64,000 nucleotides of DNA from Elsinoe ampelina (GCA_010093995.1 ML992505.1:1381147-1445146), one strand, 5' to 3'. Counted from the stretch's first letter, positions 38,997 through 52,208 are shown. Translations and numbers: made by a program. Notes: generated by a model not told the origin, from the sequence alone.

Positions 38997-39832
38997 ATGG
39001 CTGCCAAAGCACTCGAAACAGTCCTCGTTGTGGGCGCGACCGGCAACATTGGTGTGGCTGCCATTCAGGGAGCCCTCCGCTCCGGCCGCAACGTGCTCGC
39101 AATAGTCCGGAATCAAGCATCAGCCAAGAAGCTGGACGAGCATGTGCCTGATGGACACGATCGTATCACAACTGTAGAAGCAGATATCATGTCCGACAAA
39201 GGCGTTCAAGGCGTGGTCGACCAGGTCAGGGCTGGCAGTCTCCCTGCCTTCCAGCATGTCTACACCGCAGGCGGGTCTTCCGAACATCTTCCAGGGATAA
39301 TCGCTGATAGCAATAGCTGGCAACTCCTACACAGACATTAGCGTGCTCAAGACCACGACGGAAGAATTGAAGAGTGTGATGCACGGCAACTTTGAGGCCA
39401 ATTTTTGTAAGCCGCCCCGACCTCTATCCAAAAGAGGGCCTTAATTTGACATTCGCAGACGCCTACCGAGCCACTATCCCGTATCTACTTGAGAAGAAGA
39501 CTACACCTACATCGTACACCATGTGCACCGGTGCTCAGGGAGAATTCGGCATTCGAGCCTTGCCGGCTATCTCGCAGGGTGCTCTATTCTCCATGGCCAC
39601 TGCCGGCATGAACGAGCTCAAGGGCTCGAACGTCCGGATGAATGAGCACTACCTTGCCCTCCGTGTCGAAGTCGACAGCTCGGCAGAGAAGACAGGTGCT
39701 GTCAAGGCTTCGAAATTTGCCAATTCCTACCGGCAGCTGCTGGACAGGCCGGATATATCGGACTGCAGGGTCTCGATCGAGACGGAGAAGGACATTGATG
39801 AGCTCAGATATCGTAAGAAAGTTGCCGCCTGA
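38997..39832 (+). CDS. NAD(P)-binding Rossmann-fold / short-chain dehydrogenase-like protein
   Basis: VLVVGATGNIG; introns 39271-39316 (GC-AG) and 39407-39458 give a continuous frame. Confidence 0.85.
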
Positions 39833-40130
39833 AGCGAGCAAAAATGGAAGCTTGGATTGACCATGATGTTTCTGTCAGTATTTTGACTCGATGTACTACC
39901 AGCAGGACTTTCTACTGCAGAAAGCGACGGAAATGAGGTCGTCGCCGCTGCAGCTGTCGTGAAAGGTACTACCAGCTCTGTTTCCAAGGGCCTCGCCCGC
40001 AAGGCCACCCTGCTATAACCTGGTGCTGCTTTCCGCCAGAAATACTACCAGACCGTCGCCACCACCCCTCGCACCCCTCTCCTTGCTCTCTGCCAGGCTC
40101 TTCCAGATCCCATCAAAAACTACCAGACCC

Positions 40131-40853
40131 CTACCCCTGCTTCGACCCCGTGATCTTCCCAAACACCTCCCAAACATCATCCGGCAAGACCTCCAACACG
40201 ATCTCCACCCCACCCGCCCCTCCCTTCCTATTCCTCTCCTCCATCGCCTCCCTCAACATATCCCCCACCGCCCCACCCTCCCCCTCGCTCATCCCCGCGA
40301 CCTTGGCCAACGCCACCAGCAAGTTCCCCGAATACTGGTACGGATCATCCATGACCTTGCCCGCGTCCTCGTACAGCGCCGTGCTCATCTCCTTGCTCGT
40401 CAATTGCCTCTCCGTCCTGCCCATCCCGGTCGGCACCTTGGGGCGCAAGTCTTCTGCCAGCACGGCCGTCACCCAGTCGTCCCCCCAGGCGCGCGAGATG
40501 GTGGCCACGGCGTCGCGCTTGCGTTTGGTCGGGGTGGGGATGGGGGACTTCCACCACTCGTGGCCCTGGGGGGTGGGGACGCGGCCGAGGGCGTCTCGAG
40601 AGGGGGCGGAGGGGGGATCTGTGCGCTTGGTCAGTGATGTGCTCTGATGCGTAGTGGTACGGATGGCGTGGTATGGTGTGGTGGGGAGGAAGGGGAGGAG
40701 AGGGGCGGCTTGGGAGTGGTAGGAAGGTGAGGAAGTGAGGTCAAATGTGAACTCACTTGTGTTGAGCAGGGTGAGCTTTTCGAGCAGCTCTTCATCTTCT
40801 TCTTCCTTCTGGTAGTTATCGATGATTGGGACGATACGTTCGTTGCGTGACAT
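40131..40853 (-). CDS. Hypothetical protein
   Basis: Long ORF from MSRNERIVP with a probable intron (GTGAGT at ~40756); no recognised domain. Confidence 0.4.
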   Translation of the reverse strand: MSRNERIVPIIDNYQKEEEDEELLEKLTLLNTSEFTFDLTSSPSYHSQAAPLLPFLPTTPYHAIRTTTHQSTSLTKRTDPPSAPSRDALGRVPTPQGHEWWKSPIPTPTKRKRDAVATISRAWGDDWVTAVLAEDLRPKVPTGMGRTERQLTSKEMSTALYEDAGKVMDDPYQYSGNLLVALAKVAGMSEGEGGAVGDMLREAMEERNRKGGAGGVEIVLEVLPDDVWEVFGKITGSKQG

Positions 40854-42084
40854 GTTGGAAATGATGTTCGTGATTGAAAAAAAGGTTTCGCTGTGGTAGT
40901 ATCTTGAGGTGAAGGAATCGTGCGAAAAGTGTGATGTGCGATGTTGAAAGTACAAAACCGTGGTAGTTTATGACTTGGCAAGGCAACAATCGTGGTGGCT
41001 GGCTATTGTCCTATTCAGCCATTGTGTTCACCCCATCCTATTCTCTCTTCCCGCATTGATACCTGGAACTTCACATGTGAATGCCAAGTTTCCGCCCCAG
41101 GACACTATACACGTGAGAAATTGGCAAAAAGATGAAGCACCCCCTCATCCTGAGATAGGAATCGAAGGCTGGTCGTCATCGCAATCGTGCTGTAGATCCT
41201 TGGGCTGTCCAGCAGCGGGTCGTACAGAGCTGACCACTAGACCAACTTCACCTTGAGATACCAACGGTGACGAAATGAATATATAGTTTGTCATCCGTAG
41301 GGTGGACATGGTGTTTTAAATGTGCCGACTTCGAAGCGCCAATCGTAGATGAAATCCGCCGGGATGCATTGATGAGCGCCAACTTATCAGCTCCAAAACT
41401 ACCACACTGCGGTCTACCGTACGGTAGTATGATATGCCACAATAGTCAAGGAGCATTGTCGAGAAGAGCTGCGATACAGGTGTGCCATAAGGGTGCAAGG
41501 TACTACCAGCCGAGATGCAGTATCGTCAAACAAGCAATAAGGTGCTCCTTTGCTCGCCACAAATGTTCATTGCTACGCGCACAGTCATCTCATTGCCTGG
41601 TAGTCCATTGCTCGTGCTTACTACCAGCTCTGCACCAGAACGACTAATGTTATCTCCCTGTTGAGGATCGCAGGTTCATTACCGTTCATAAGACCATCCA
41701 TGAGCCACACAATCGAGGAAGGAGACGGACGAGATATACCCACTGTGTCGAGAGTTCGTCAGGCACTTTCATGTCACTTTCACAAGCTTTCAGGACGTGT
41801 CTGTGACGCGAAAATCTACACAGTAGCTGCTGAAATGAGCTACGGATGCTCTGGATCCCATGTGGATCGCCCTTAGGCATCCATGAGAAGGATGTTGTTG
41901 AGGGGACTTGGTGGAATGGAAGTGTGAAGTTGGCGAGTCCGCGACGAACTCTGGGGGCCGGTGTCGGGGACGGCCCCACATGATTCCTCCCACCCTTAAC
42001 GTTAGGTGATCACCCATACAATTCAGCAACGAGTTCGACATGAAGCAATCATTTCTGTACATGCATTCCCGTCATATCGTGTAT

Positions 42085-42552
42085 CTATGTTGTCTGCTGC
42101 TGCGGACCTTGCGCCTTCCCCGTCCTATCATCCTCCGCCTGCTCCCCCACCTCTTCCCGCCTCAGCTCGTCCTCGTCTCTCTTATACCTCCGATCTCGCC
42201 CTCGTTCTTTAATCTCCTTGTCCATTCTCTCCATCTCCTCCTCGCCAGGCAATGGTACTGCCCGATCAATAGCGTACGGCAACCCTCTATGCCTCCCTCT
42301 CAGCATCACCACAACGAGTATCAACTTGCTCGCCATATGCCAGTCTCCGCTGAAAGCAAAGTCGTCAAACGGCACACCTGGCGTCAGTCCCACCGTACCG
42401 TACGCATTTCCGCGGTTTCCATTTGTGGTACTTCCGTACATGATGACAGATGAATTGAGCATACCAAAGACAAAGTACGCCAAGTGGATACGATAGAAAT
42501 TGAGCCTGAAGAGCATGTTCGGTTGCAGCCAAGAAGCCCAACGTGGTGCCAT
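42085..42552 (-). pseudogene. Internally deleted Trk-type K+ transporter remnant
   Basis: N-terminal LNFYRIHLAYF joined in frame to the C-terminal AYGTVGL..G...FSG.W...SKLI...MLRGRHRGLP.AIDRAV.LP motif. Confidence 0.8.
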
Positions 42553-43072
42553 TATGAAGGTGGATTTGCAAAATTGAGACCTGCTTCAGACATGACCAGC
42601 TGCTTGAAAGGACACTTACACTGGATGAAATCGTTGGCACGTCACATTCCTGCGGCGTGATCTCCGGGACATCCATGATGTGCGGCGAGGAGGTGGGACG
42701 GTGGCGATTTGGAAATTGCCGCATCCCTGCACACAGGCGAGCATGCCACTGCATCTCATGGCGCCATCGCCCAAGGGAATGCGGATGCTAGCCATCAAGA
42801 TAAATATTTCAATAATATTAGACAACAAGAAGAAGATGAAAGGAGTTTTCTTCGAATGCCTGACCCCACTCGTTTCCCGATTCGTTGGCCCCCGTCACGC
42901 CATGTGATTGGCCACATTTCGATTGTCGACGACCACGCTGTCATTGATCATGGGAATCATACCGTACCTCTGCGAAGTTCACTTGATCAAAGGTCACTCC
43001 TTGTAACGACAAATGTGGTCATAGCGTGAAAAGTGGTCAACTCAGACACACACACGAAGGCATAGAATAAAA

Positions 43073-43939
43073 ATGACCGACCTCAAGTACGATGCCGTCC
43101 CTCCAATCGTGATCCCTGCCAAAGAACCAGCATCATCACCCGAAAATGCAGCAGTAGTAGTATTCCTCCACGGCCTCGGCAGCAAAGCAGAAGAATGGAC
43201 CTGTAAGCATCCACCCCCACCGCCCTTTTCCCTCTCTTCACCCTTCACCAGCTTCATCCTCCCCCTTATCCCCATCCCCTCCCACACCCCCCCACCCTCC
43301 CTCCCACTAACCAACCCCCAAGGGCTCCCCTCAAAACTCCACTCCCTCCACCCCCACCTCACCTTCCACCTCCCCACCGCCCCCCACAACCCCCTGCTTC
43401 GCAAAACAGCCTGGCTCCCCCCTCTCTTCTCCGGCGCCGTCCCACCCCCCTCCCGCCCCTCCCCAGCGCCAGCCGACGACCTCCCCTCCCTCCTCGCCTC
43501 CATCACCTACCTCGACGCCCTCATCTCCAGCATCGTCTCGCGCGGCACCCCTCCCGACCGGATCGTCCTCGCCGGCTTCTCGCAAGGAGGGATCATTTCC
43601 CTTCTCCACCTGCTCGTCAGCGAGGGGTTTTCGGGGAGACTGGCCGGGGTCGTGGGGCTGTGCGGGTATTTACCGGTGGAAGGAGAGGTGCAGCGCTTAC
43701 GCACGGAAAGGGGGTTGGGGGAGGGGGTGGGCTTGGTGCCGGTTTTTTTGGGGCAAGGGACGGAGGATCAGTGGGTGCCGGCTTGGATGTGGGAGGATAC
43801 GGTCAGGGGACTGGGGAGGTTGGGGGTGGATGACGGGGTGGTGGAGACGAATGAGTACCCTGGTGGGCATGAGGTGGGGGAGAAGTTGGTGGGGGATTTG
43901 GGGAGGTGGTTGGGTGGTGTGTTGCCGAAGTTGGATTGA
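43073..43939 (+). CDS. Phospholipase/carboxylesterase (acyl-protein thioesterase-like)
   Basis: VFLHGLG, RIVLAGFSQGG, GQGTED and YPGGH; probable intron from 43203 (GTAAGC) to ~43322. Confidence 0.88.
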   Translation: MTDLKYDAVPPIVIPAKEPASSPENAAVVVFLHGLGSKAEEWTCKHPPPPPFSLSSPFTSFILPLIPIPSHTPPPSLPLTNPQGLPSKLHSLHPHLTFHLPTAPHNPLLRKTAWLPPLFSGAVPPPSRPSPAPADDLPSLLASITYLDALISSIVSRGTPPDRIVLAGFSQGGIISLLHLLVSEGFSGRLAGVVGLCGYLPVEGEVQRLRTERGLGEGVGLVPVFLGQGTEDQWVPAWMWEDTVRGLGRLGVDDGVVETNEYPGGHEVGEKLVGDLGRWLGGVLPKLD

Positions 43940-44087
43940 GGGTGGGAGATGAAAGAGGGAGAGGATGGAGAGGTTGTATATATTGGAATTTGAGATCGCT
44001 ATGTGAGGGCGCTTGTGCACTGTACTGTTGTCCAATCGCTATGCAACGTGTGTTTTGGAAATGGAGTATCAACTGATAGCCTCAGCA

Positions 44088-47000
44088 TCATTGCTGGGCT
44101 GAGATACAGACTGGGCATCCGCCACCTATGGCACTTCTTATCACTTGTGCGTGACTGATCTTTGGCCCTACCGATCTCGTCATGGCTCCTGCTACTGCTT
44201 CGGGGCTGCTGTCCGCCTCGGTATCGGTGCGGGTCTGGTCGCGGAGATTCTCGACAAGAGCGTACGCCTCTTTGTGCGCTTTGAGCTTGTCGAGTAAGCA
44301 TTCGAGGTGGAATACATGACCACAAGCGAAGCCAATAAGGAAGTCGCTCTCTGTCCATTTTTAGCTGCCAAGTCTTGACTGGGGGCGGATATCGATGCTT
44401 ACCTTCTTCCTCAAAGAGCTCCTCACAGGACACACAGTGTCCAGGTGGTACATGCCGGGCCTCGTTCTTCACCATCGTGTCTCTGTTGAGATCTCCTGCT
44501 TGCTTCTTCGTCTCCTCGTCGATGGCGTTGAGTGCCGGATCGATTTTGATGGCAACTTCTTCGCCGCCTCGATGTCGGACTTCAAACTTGACACCCTTCC
44601 GCCGGCCTTCTCGCAGGGTCTCCATGCCAACTGCCACCTCGCCTCTCAAGACTTTTGCAACGCCCTCGCTAATGCTGAATTGAATGTCGTACTCTCTGAC
44701 GAGTTTCTGCAGGCCCTCTTTCAACCCCTCGATCTCCAGACCATCCGGTATTCTCTTGACAAGCTTGATCGCATCGACACTCGTTCCGACTTCCATGAGC
44801 AAAGCTCTGATGAATTTCGGCTTGTCCATGCTGTAGTTGAGCAAGTCGTCCCAGAGGTCGGCGTTCTCCTTGGCGAATTCGATTGCCTGGACGACATCTC
44901 CCAGCTTCTCGATGATCAGGAAGAGTGCTTTCTTCGTCTCACCAGTCTTGCTCAAGAGGAAGACAAGCTCGGGTATATACTCCTTCTCCTCACATATGCC
45001 GACCGCCTTGTCCAAAGTGTATGCGGTGCTCGTGCGCAAGTACAAGAACAACAAGTCCCGCTCGTACTTGGCAAAGACCTCCAAAGCCAGATCAGCGAAG
45101 CTCTCAACTATGATCCTTCCTTCAGTGGTTAATCGTTCGAGGTTGAGTCGTTCCACTTTGCTGACCAGTCGATCTTCATCCTTCGGTGGCCCTTCCCACA
45201 ATCGCTTGAAGTAGAAGTACAAGAAGACCTCGAAAGTCTTTCCTCTGCTCCTCATTTGAGCGACCACTGTCGCGGGTGGCACAATGCCGCTGTATGCCTC
45301 ATCCACCAGTAGCCCGATCGCCTCTTCACTCGCGGTCATCAACTCTTCGCGGCTGCCCTTGTCCATCACCTCTTTGCTGACCCTCAGCATCAAGAGACCA
45401 GGCACATCGTCGGCCACAGCATCGCTCAGTCTCCACTCCTTGATTAACCGCATCGCTTCCTCCGCGTTCTGCAATTGGATGTAGCATCCCAGGGCTTGTC
45501 TGGCTTGGCCTCCAGTAAGCTTCAATCTCGCCAGTCCCTCCATGAGATACCGCCACTCCTCTCCTCCCTTGTCAACATCACCACCAGCCAATCTTGTTTC
45601 TACAGCAGTGGCAACACTGCCGACATCGAACAGCCCGGTATCCCACTTGTCCAGCAGTTCTCCAAACCGTGCTGCATCGTGTGTGATGTAGTGCCCCAGC
45701 ACCACCTCGTACACAAAGCTTGGAAGAGGAGGTCGCATGTCTCCAGCAGGTATGTAGGGTGTGATTTCGTCAAATTTCTCAGCTTGGGCGAATGCGAGGA
45801 TCCAGTGCTCCCATCGTGCGGACGAGGACAGTACTTTACCAGCTACCTCGCCTGCGCGAGTCCACTGATTGGCAGACACCAGTTGCTGGAGCCAGAGGTC
45901 GGCAATTCGCCGCTTCTCTTTGGAAAGAGCAGAGTTCGGGTTGCGAGCAGCAGACAGAGTGGTTTGCGAAGCGGAGTCGTCGGCGAAGAAGTCGGCGAGA
46001 GAATTAGTGCGAGGCTCCCTTCCTGAAGGCGTAGACGGTGTGGAAAGCTCGGTATTCGATGGTAGGGATGTGGTGGTTCTGACGATGCCAGGATGATTAT
46101 CGAGCAGATCCCAAGCCTGACCGTACTTGGTGTGATCAAGCAGCCATGTCAGATGGTCGGAAAGATCGCGCTTGACTGCCAGGACACAGTCGTAAGGTGT
46201 CTGAATGAAGAGTTTGAGGCCGGGAGACGAGAGCGCGGGCGGTCCTTGAGGTGCCGGTTGCACAGATGCAGATGCTGCATTCATAACAGACATTGGAGGT
46301 GAGAGCAATGAACCACGTCCGTTCTCGCCACTCGCAGCATTGCTACGCACTGAAGCTCCAGAACTAAATATGCGTGTGGCATTGCTGGACATGTCCCAAA
46401 TGCCGGCTCCGACCGCACCAAGAGATTCCAAGGCGCCTCGTTGAGCTGGACCCAAAGCTGGCGGAGTCGGGATGTATATCGATCCGAGGTGGTAATCAGT
46501 GACCGAGAGCGATTCGTAGCGACTGACTGTGAGTGTGTCTACATCTACCTCTTCGCCAGTGGCGACTTCGACAAGTCGAAGCTCGGGTGACAAGGCGTTT
46601 TGTCGATGCCGCCATGGCGTACCTTCCTGATTAGAAGTGATAGGCTTATCATTATCGTCGCGAGTGCGATACGCAAGAACAGCAAGCAGCGAAGGGGTAT
46701 AAAGCGCCAGTCCAGATAGTATACAGTCGTCAAAAGAAAGTCTTTAGCATGTCAGCAATTGTGGCTCGAACGGGAGGCCGTGAACATACTTGTGTACAAT
46801 GTCAGCACTCCCAGCCAGCTTCTCGCCTGCATTCCTCCCGATTCCTGTTCCGCCAGGGTATACGTGCAAGATCCAAGCAGTGTCACCCCATCCTGCTATA
46901 AGCTTTTCAGGGTTCCTTTTATGAGCGTTATGCTTGCTCGGAGTTGTACTTGGGCCATTCGGAGGAGCCGATACCTCGTCATCAGTCTCCAATTGTTTGT

Positions 47001-48114
47001 TGCTCACCCATTCCATGCGACCTTTCCAGACAGCTGCCATATCTTGCCAATTGTCACGGTCAGGTCGATCAATGTGGGCTATCCGCTTCCAAGCGTATTG
47101 AAGTTCCGTACTATCAAGCTTCATGTGAGACCGCATAATTTTGATGCCGTGCTCGTTAATCCATGCAGCAAATCTGCCGGTCCTGGAGAACTTGATGGCT
47201 GCTATCCCACCTTCCCCAGAGTGGAGCACAGTATCTTTACCAGTATTAGAGCTTAGTCCTAAAGATCCGAGCCAGCCCTGTGCCGCTGCTGCTGCACTAT
47301 TTGTGTTCGCATCTGAGGACATTCCAGGCTTGCCATCCACGGTCAAGATCAAGCTTCCAGCGAGTCCACCAGAAAGGTAGGTTCTGTCATATTTGTATTC
47401 AGGTGACAGAGCCACCGCTTGTACTGGCCTTGCAAAGTTACGAAGGGTCACATCTTTCGGATCCACCAGGGAAGTGACGCAGACGTGGCCATCTTGAGAC
47501 GCTGAGGCAATGTAGATTTGGTTGGCTGGTATATTTGGTACAGGAGGTTTCTTGACGGTACTCGGCGATGAAGGAGTTTTCGATTTGGCTGAAGGAGACT
47601 GCACCGATGCTGTAGAGTCCGTCGTAGTCCTAGCTATAGGGGTAGGTACGCCAAGGGTCGGCGGAGGAGGGACAGGAGATATTGATAATGCCGTGACAGA
47701 AGCAGAGTGCGCGTGATATGTCCGTAGTGAGGCTAGGGATGGTAGGCTGAGCGAATGCTGGTACGTATCAGTTGTCATTGTTCCCAATCGTGCTAGCATG
47801 TCCTACGATGTTGCCATTGTGTGTTCCCATGATCTGTCGGCGCATTAGCCCTCGTCTTCCCCCAGTTCGCATTGCTCGCATACCAGCTTGTCTCCAGCCA
47901 CAAGGAAGCAGCTCGTATCGTCCCCATTCTTATACACTGTCGAGAGGTTCCCCGTCAACTTGGTGTACTTGAGCCGTGGCTCATCCTCCTCTTGGTCCTC
48001 ATCCTCACTTTCATCCACCTCATTTGCTTCCAATGGTGTGCCGTTCTTGGTCGGAGTCTTCAATGACTCGGAATTCTCATACTCCTCGTCATTGGACTCT
48101 TTCGCTGCAGACAT
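44088..48114 (-). CDS. VPS41: HOPS complex subunit Vps41
   Basis: EPRLKYTKLTGNL, RNFARPVQAVALSP, clathrin-repeat region (LWDDLLNYSMDKPKFI, RIPDGLEIEGLK) and terminal RING-like FACGHVFHLEC..GCPVC; about three introns. Confidence 0.93.
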
Positions 48115-48256
48115 TCTGCATGCATCGGGTGATGTAGGAGTTGGCGCAAATGGTTTGCTTTGAACGTCACGGCGGACTGGGGTTGATCAGGTTGAAAAGC
48201 GGAACCTTGACTGCTCCTCCACCACTCCATCCACATATCAAAGTCTCGGTCGTATA

Positions 48257-49633
48257 ATGGCGACAAGCTGGGTATGCGCGCGCTGCTTTGTTGGAATTTC
48301 GGGGTCGTCGTCGAGGTTGGTTGGAAGTCGAAGTTCGGCTTCGCGTAGCTCACTTTCTTTTGTTTCGTCACAAGCCGTCTCAGGACATTCTATCAAACAC
48401 AACCTTCGAAACTACTCGTCTGCGTCCAGCAACAGGAAAGGATTGACTGGCAGAGACGATCAAAGCGATGCTCAGCATGGTACGAAATTGGCAAAGCAGC
48501 GCAAGACGGCTCGCAGCGCAGCATCCACATCGCTGAGAAGGGTAGCTGTCGAGGCACAACAATCAAGAGATGTGGTAAGAGGATCCGGACGGAGACAGTT
48601 CATCGATCCTGAGGCAAATACAAAAGATGTCACGGCTTCATGTGCTGCAGAGCAGTACGATCTACCGCTGGCTCAACACAGATTGAAGCAAGAGGGCTAC
48701 GACATTGATCCTCTCAATACTGGTCTATACCCACAAGTCATTCATATACAGACCCCAATCTATCCTGTCAAAGACCTAGATACTGGTGTGGAGAAAACAA
48801 TTGGGCCTGGCGACGTCTTTGTGTTTCCATCCGGATCAGTGGTATCATGGAACGTACCTGAAAAGGTTCAGAAGCGGCTGGTACAAACCGTGCTGTATCC
48901 AGCAGCGGTCAATCCTCATCTCGAGACGTTAGAGCTGGAGGATATGGAGTATCTCGAAGATCCTGGACGCACAAACAGTCAGGTCGTTGGAGATGCGATA
49001 GTGCTTGGTACTCAGCCTGACTCGGACTATGAACCTGGACAGCCCGAACAGGACAATGCTTCGTCTCCCGAGACTGACTTGATCCTGGCAAAGATAGCCT
49101 TCTCTTCCGGCCTGGCTAGAAGCACAAAGCTCGCCGTGCTGGAGAATCTCCTATCATCCTACTTTGAGACAACAAAGGACATTCCTGTGATACTGTCACG
49201 AGGTAGCAAACTCCGCTTTACCAGATCATTTATCCTCAGGAAGACTGGCGAGCTCTTGTCTATACGTGCGCAGCTCAATCTTTACAGCGAGTTGACCGAT
49301 ACGATGCCGGACTTGTTCTGGGACAGTCCATCTCAATTGGGATTGTCGGGGTATTACGACCAGGTTGGCCGAGCACTCGATGTCAATGCTCGCATCCGGA
49401 CACTAAACGAGAAGATGGACTATGCGAGCGAAATTGCAAGCGTGTTGAGGGAGAGGCTATCGGAGAAGCACAGTACGGGGCTTGAATGGCTCATCATCTT
49501 TCTCATCAGTGTCGAGGTCGGCTTCGAATTGCTACGGCTGTGGAGGGAGCATGAACATGCAAAGGACACAGACAGTACGGAGGCGCTGACAAGGCAGTGG
49601 CTGAAGAAGCAGCTTGAAAACAGGACGGCATGA
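48257..49633 (+). CDS. DUF155 / RMD1-RMND1 family protein, probably mitochondrial
   Basis: VFVFPSGSVVSWN, AFSSGLARSTKL, PDLFWD, RIRTLNEKMDY and LEWLIIFLISVE; Ser/Arg-rich N-terminus. Confidence 0.88.
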   Translation: MATSWVCARCFVGISGSSSRLVGSRSSASRSSLSFVSSQAVSGHSIKHNLRNYSSASSNRKGLTGRDDQSDAQHGTKLAKQRKTARSAASTSLRRVAVEAQQSRDVVRGSGRRQFIDPEANTKDVTASCAAEQYDLPLAQHRLKQEGYDIDPLNTGLYPQVIHIQTPIYPVKDLDTGVEKTIGPGDVFVFPSGSVVSWNVPEKVQKRLVQTVLYPAAVNPHLETLELEDMEYLEDPGRTNSQVVGDAIVLGTQPDSDYEPGQPEQDNASSPETDLILAKIAFSSGLARSTKLAVLENLLSSYFETTKDIPVILSRGSKLRFTRSFILRKTGELLSIRAQLNLYSELTDTMPDLFWDSPSQLGLSGYYDQVGRALDVNARIRTLNEKMDYASEIASVLRERLSEKHSTGLEWLIIFLISVEVGFELLRLWREHEHAKDTDSTEALTRQWLKKQLENRTA

Positions 49634-50006
49634 TAGCAATCACGAGATGATAGAATATGATACCCTAATTCGCCTTAGCATCGACTGTACGCCATTCATC
49701 TCTGCTTCAATGCTTCCAGGAAATAATTTACTTTATGCTGCATGATGTATTGATGCATGTCGGGCAAGCGGGCCGTTTGCCGGGAGGCGCGTTTCAAGAC
49801 GCGCCGGGACGACCAGACGTCGCTATACATTCCTTGCTTCGCACCTGTACCATACGTCCTGCCACGTCCTGCCACGCTTCGCGAAGGACATCGATTCTTG
49901 TACGCACGATGCTACACTACTCCATCTCATGACCCGGCGTTCCATATACGAATAATTCCAGTCCACGCCCGCCGGGGTTCAGGCGCAGCTTTGGGAGTCG
50001 AGCACG

Positions 50007-52208
50007 ATGGGTGTTAAGGGTATTTACCCTTTCCACTTGTGGTATATGTGAAGATGGCTCACATTGACAGGACTTCTACCCCTGCTCAAGTCTATACAGA
50101 AGCCATGCAACCTCAAACAATTCCAGGGCCAGACTTTGGGCGTCGATGCCTACGGATGGCTCCACAGAGGGACGATCGCATGTGCCATTGAGCTGGCTCA
50201 GGGAAAGCCCACCACCAAGTACATTTACCGGCCAAGACTCCGAACACATTTTAACACTTCCAGATTTGTCGACTTCTGTATGCACCGAGTCCGCATGCTG
50301 ATCCACTTTGGTATCCGACCATACATCGTCTTTGACGGAGATTACCTGCCCAGCAAGAAGGATACCGAGAAGGGACGAGCTGCGAGACGACGAGAGGCCA
50401 AGACTGCTGGACTGGAACTGCTCAACATGGGAAGAACTGCACAGGCATACCAGGAGTTGCAGAAGAGTATCGACGTCACTCCGGAGATGGCACGACAGTT
50501 CATGGACGAGCTCGACAGATTGAAGGTCGACTTTGTTGTTGCTCCGTACGAGGCAGACGCTCAATTGGTATACTTGGAAAAGAAGGGCATCATCAATGGC
50601 ATTATCTCTGAGGACTCGGACATGCTGGTCTTTGGGGCAAAGTCGCTGCTGACAAAGCTGGACCAATTCGGAGAGTGTATTGCCATCCATCGAAAGGACT
50701 TTACTGCTTGTCGAGATGTGAGCTTTGTAGGATGGTCGGACGCCGAGTTTCGGTGGATGTCGATTCTGTCCGGGTGTGATTACTTAGCTCCCATAGGCAA
50801 TGTTGGACTAAAGACTGCCCATCGATTGATCAGGAAGCACAAGACGGTGGACCGGACTGTCAAGGCTCTACAATTTGATGGCAAATCCAAGGTACCCGCG
50901 GACTATCTCGCCAGCTTTCGCGATGCCGACCAAACGTTTCTCTACCAATGGGTCTATTGTCCGGTCGCCAACAAGCTGGTCAACCTCACATCACCGCCCA
51001 GTGATATTGACGTTCACTCCTTACCATTCATTGGCAAGAAAGTTGAGGCCGCTGTTGCCCAAAGAGTCGCCAGAGGAAAGGCCCATCCGCATACGAAAGA
51101 GCCTCTGCACGCAACTCCAGCCCCAGCAACTCGATCGAGGGATATCGAACGAGTTATACAAACCAGTACTCCAGCCCTCAAGAAGCATCAATCTATCGAG
51201 TCCTTCTTCAAGCCCAAGCGTACGCCTTTGGCAGAACTTGACCCGAACCTCTTCACTCCATCACCAAGCCAACAACGACTCCTCGACCAGCAAGCTCAGG
51301 AGCTTCTCGTGAACGACAGACCTCCCATGCCACCACCTCTTGCAAGGTCCCTCACCGACACTAACCGTTCACAGTCTGCAAGACGAGCTGTATCAGACAC
51401 ATGGCCAACGCCTGGCAATGTTAGTCCCAAGCGGCAGAGGTTATGCTCGGATAGTGCACTTGCTCTAGAAAGGACTTTCGGCAAAGCCACGGCTGAGCAA
51501 AGTCGATTCTTCTCCAAGCCAGCTCAAAGCCCTTCAGTCCTTCGAGCAGGTCGCAAGGAATCTCGCAAAGCCAAGACCATCAACATCTTCTCTGACGACT
51601 CAATCGAAGAAGCCATGATGAGCATCCCGGATGTGACTGACCCTGTCCAGCGCTTTGTGGACAAGCTGCAGGTATTTCGTGATGACCCACTGCCACAGAA
51701 GACCAAAATTGCTTCAACCCGGGTCGACGTCGCTGCTGCAACTGGAGACTCACAAGCCCAGACCGAGACACAAGAATCGATGGCCTCGGTAGAAGACGGA
51801 ACTTGGTCAGAGGACGAGAAGGACACACAAACCCCACCGACTTCTTTCGAGACAGCTGCAACATCTCAGCAAGCCTCACAGGTAGAGAATGAGAAGAAGG
51901 CCGTACTGGATCCGATCGAAGAAAGTCCACAGAAAGTACCCTCATCATCTCCGCCTCCGCAGGCAGTTTTGGATGAGATTACAGACGCCGACTGGGACGC
52001 TGCGGCAAGTGCGCCCATCAAGCCGCTATCTCTCGTCAAGGAATTTAACACGCTGACACGCGGGATCCAGCAAGGTGTCCTCCGAGGCAGCGAGGACATG
52101 ATGGTCCCAAACAGCGATAGTGAAGAGGATGCATTCATAGAACGAAAGACCAGCACAGGGAGTTCCGGATTTGGTATCGACCTTGAGAGGTTCGCCTTCA
52201 AAGGATGA
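50007..52208 (+). CDS. EXO1: Exonuclease 1 (XPG/Rad2 family)
   Basis: MG..GLLPLLK, GVDAYGWLHRG, VFDG, APYEADAQL, SEDSD and LSGCDY. Introns at 50020-50070 and 50219-50263. Confidence 0.95.
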
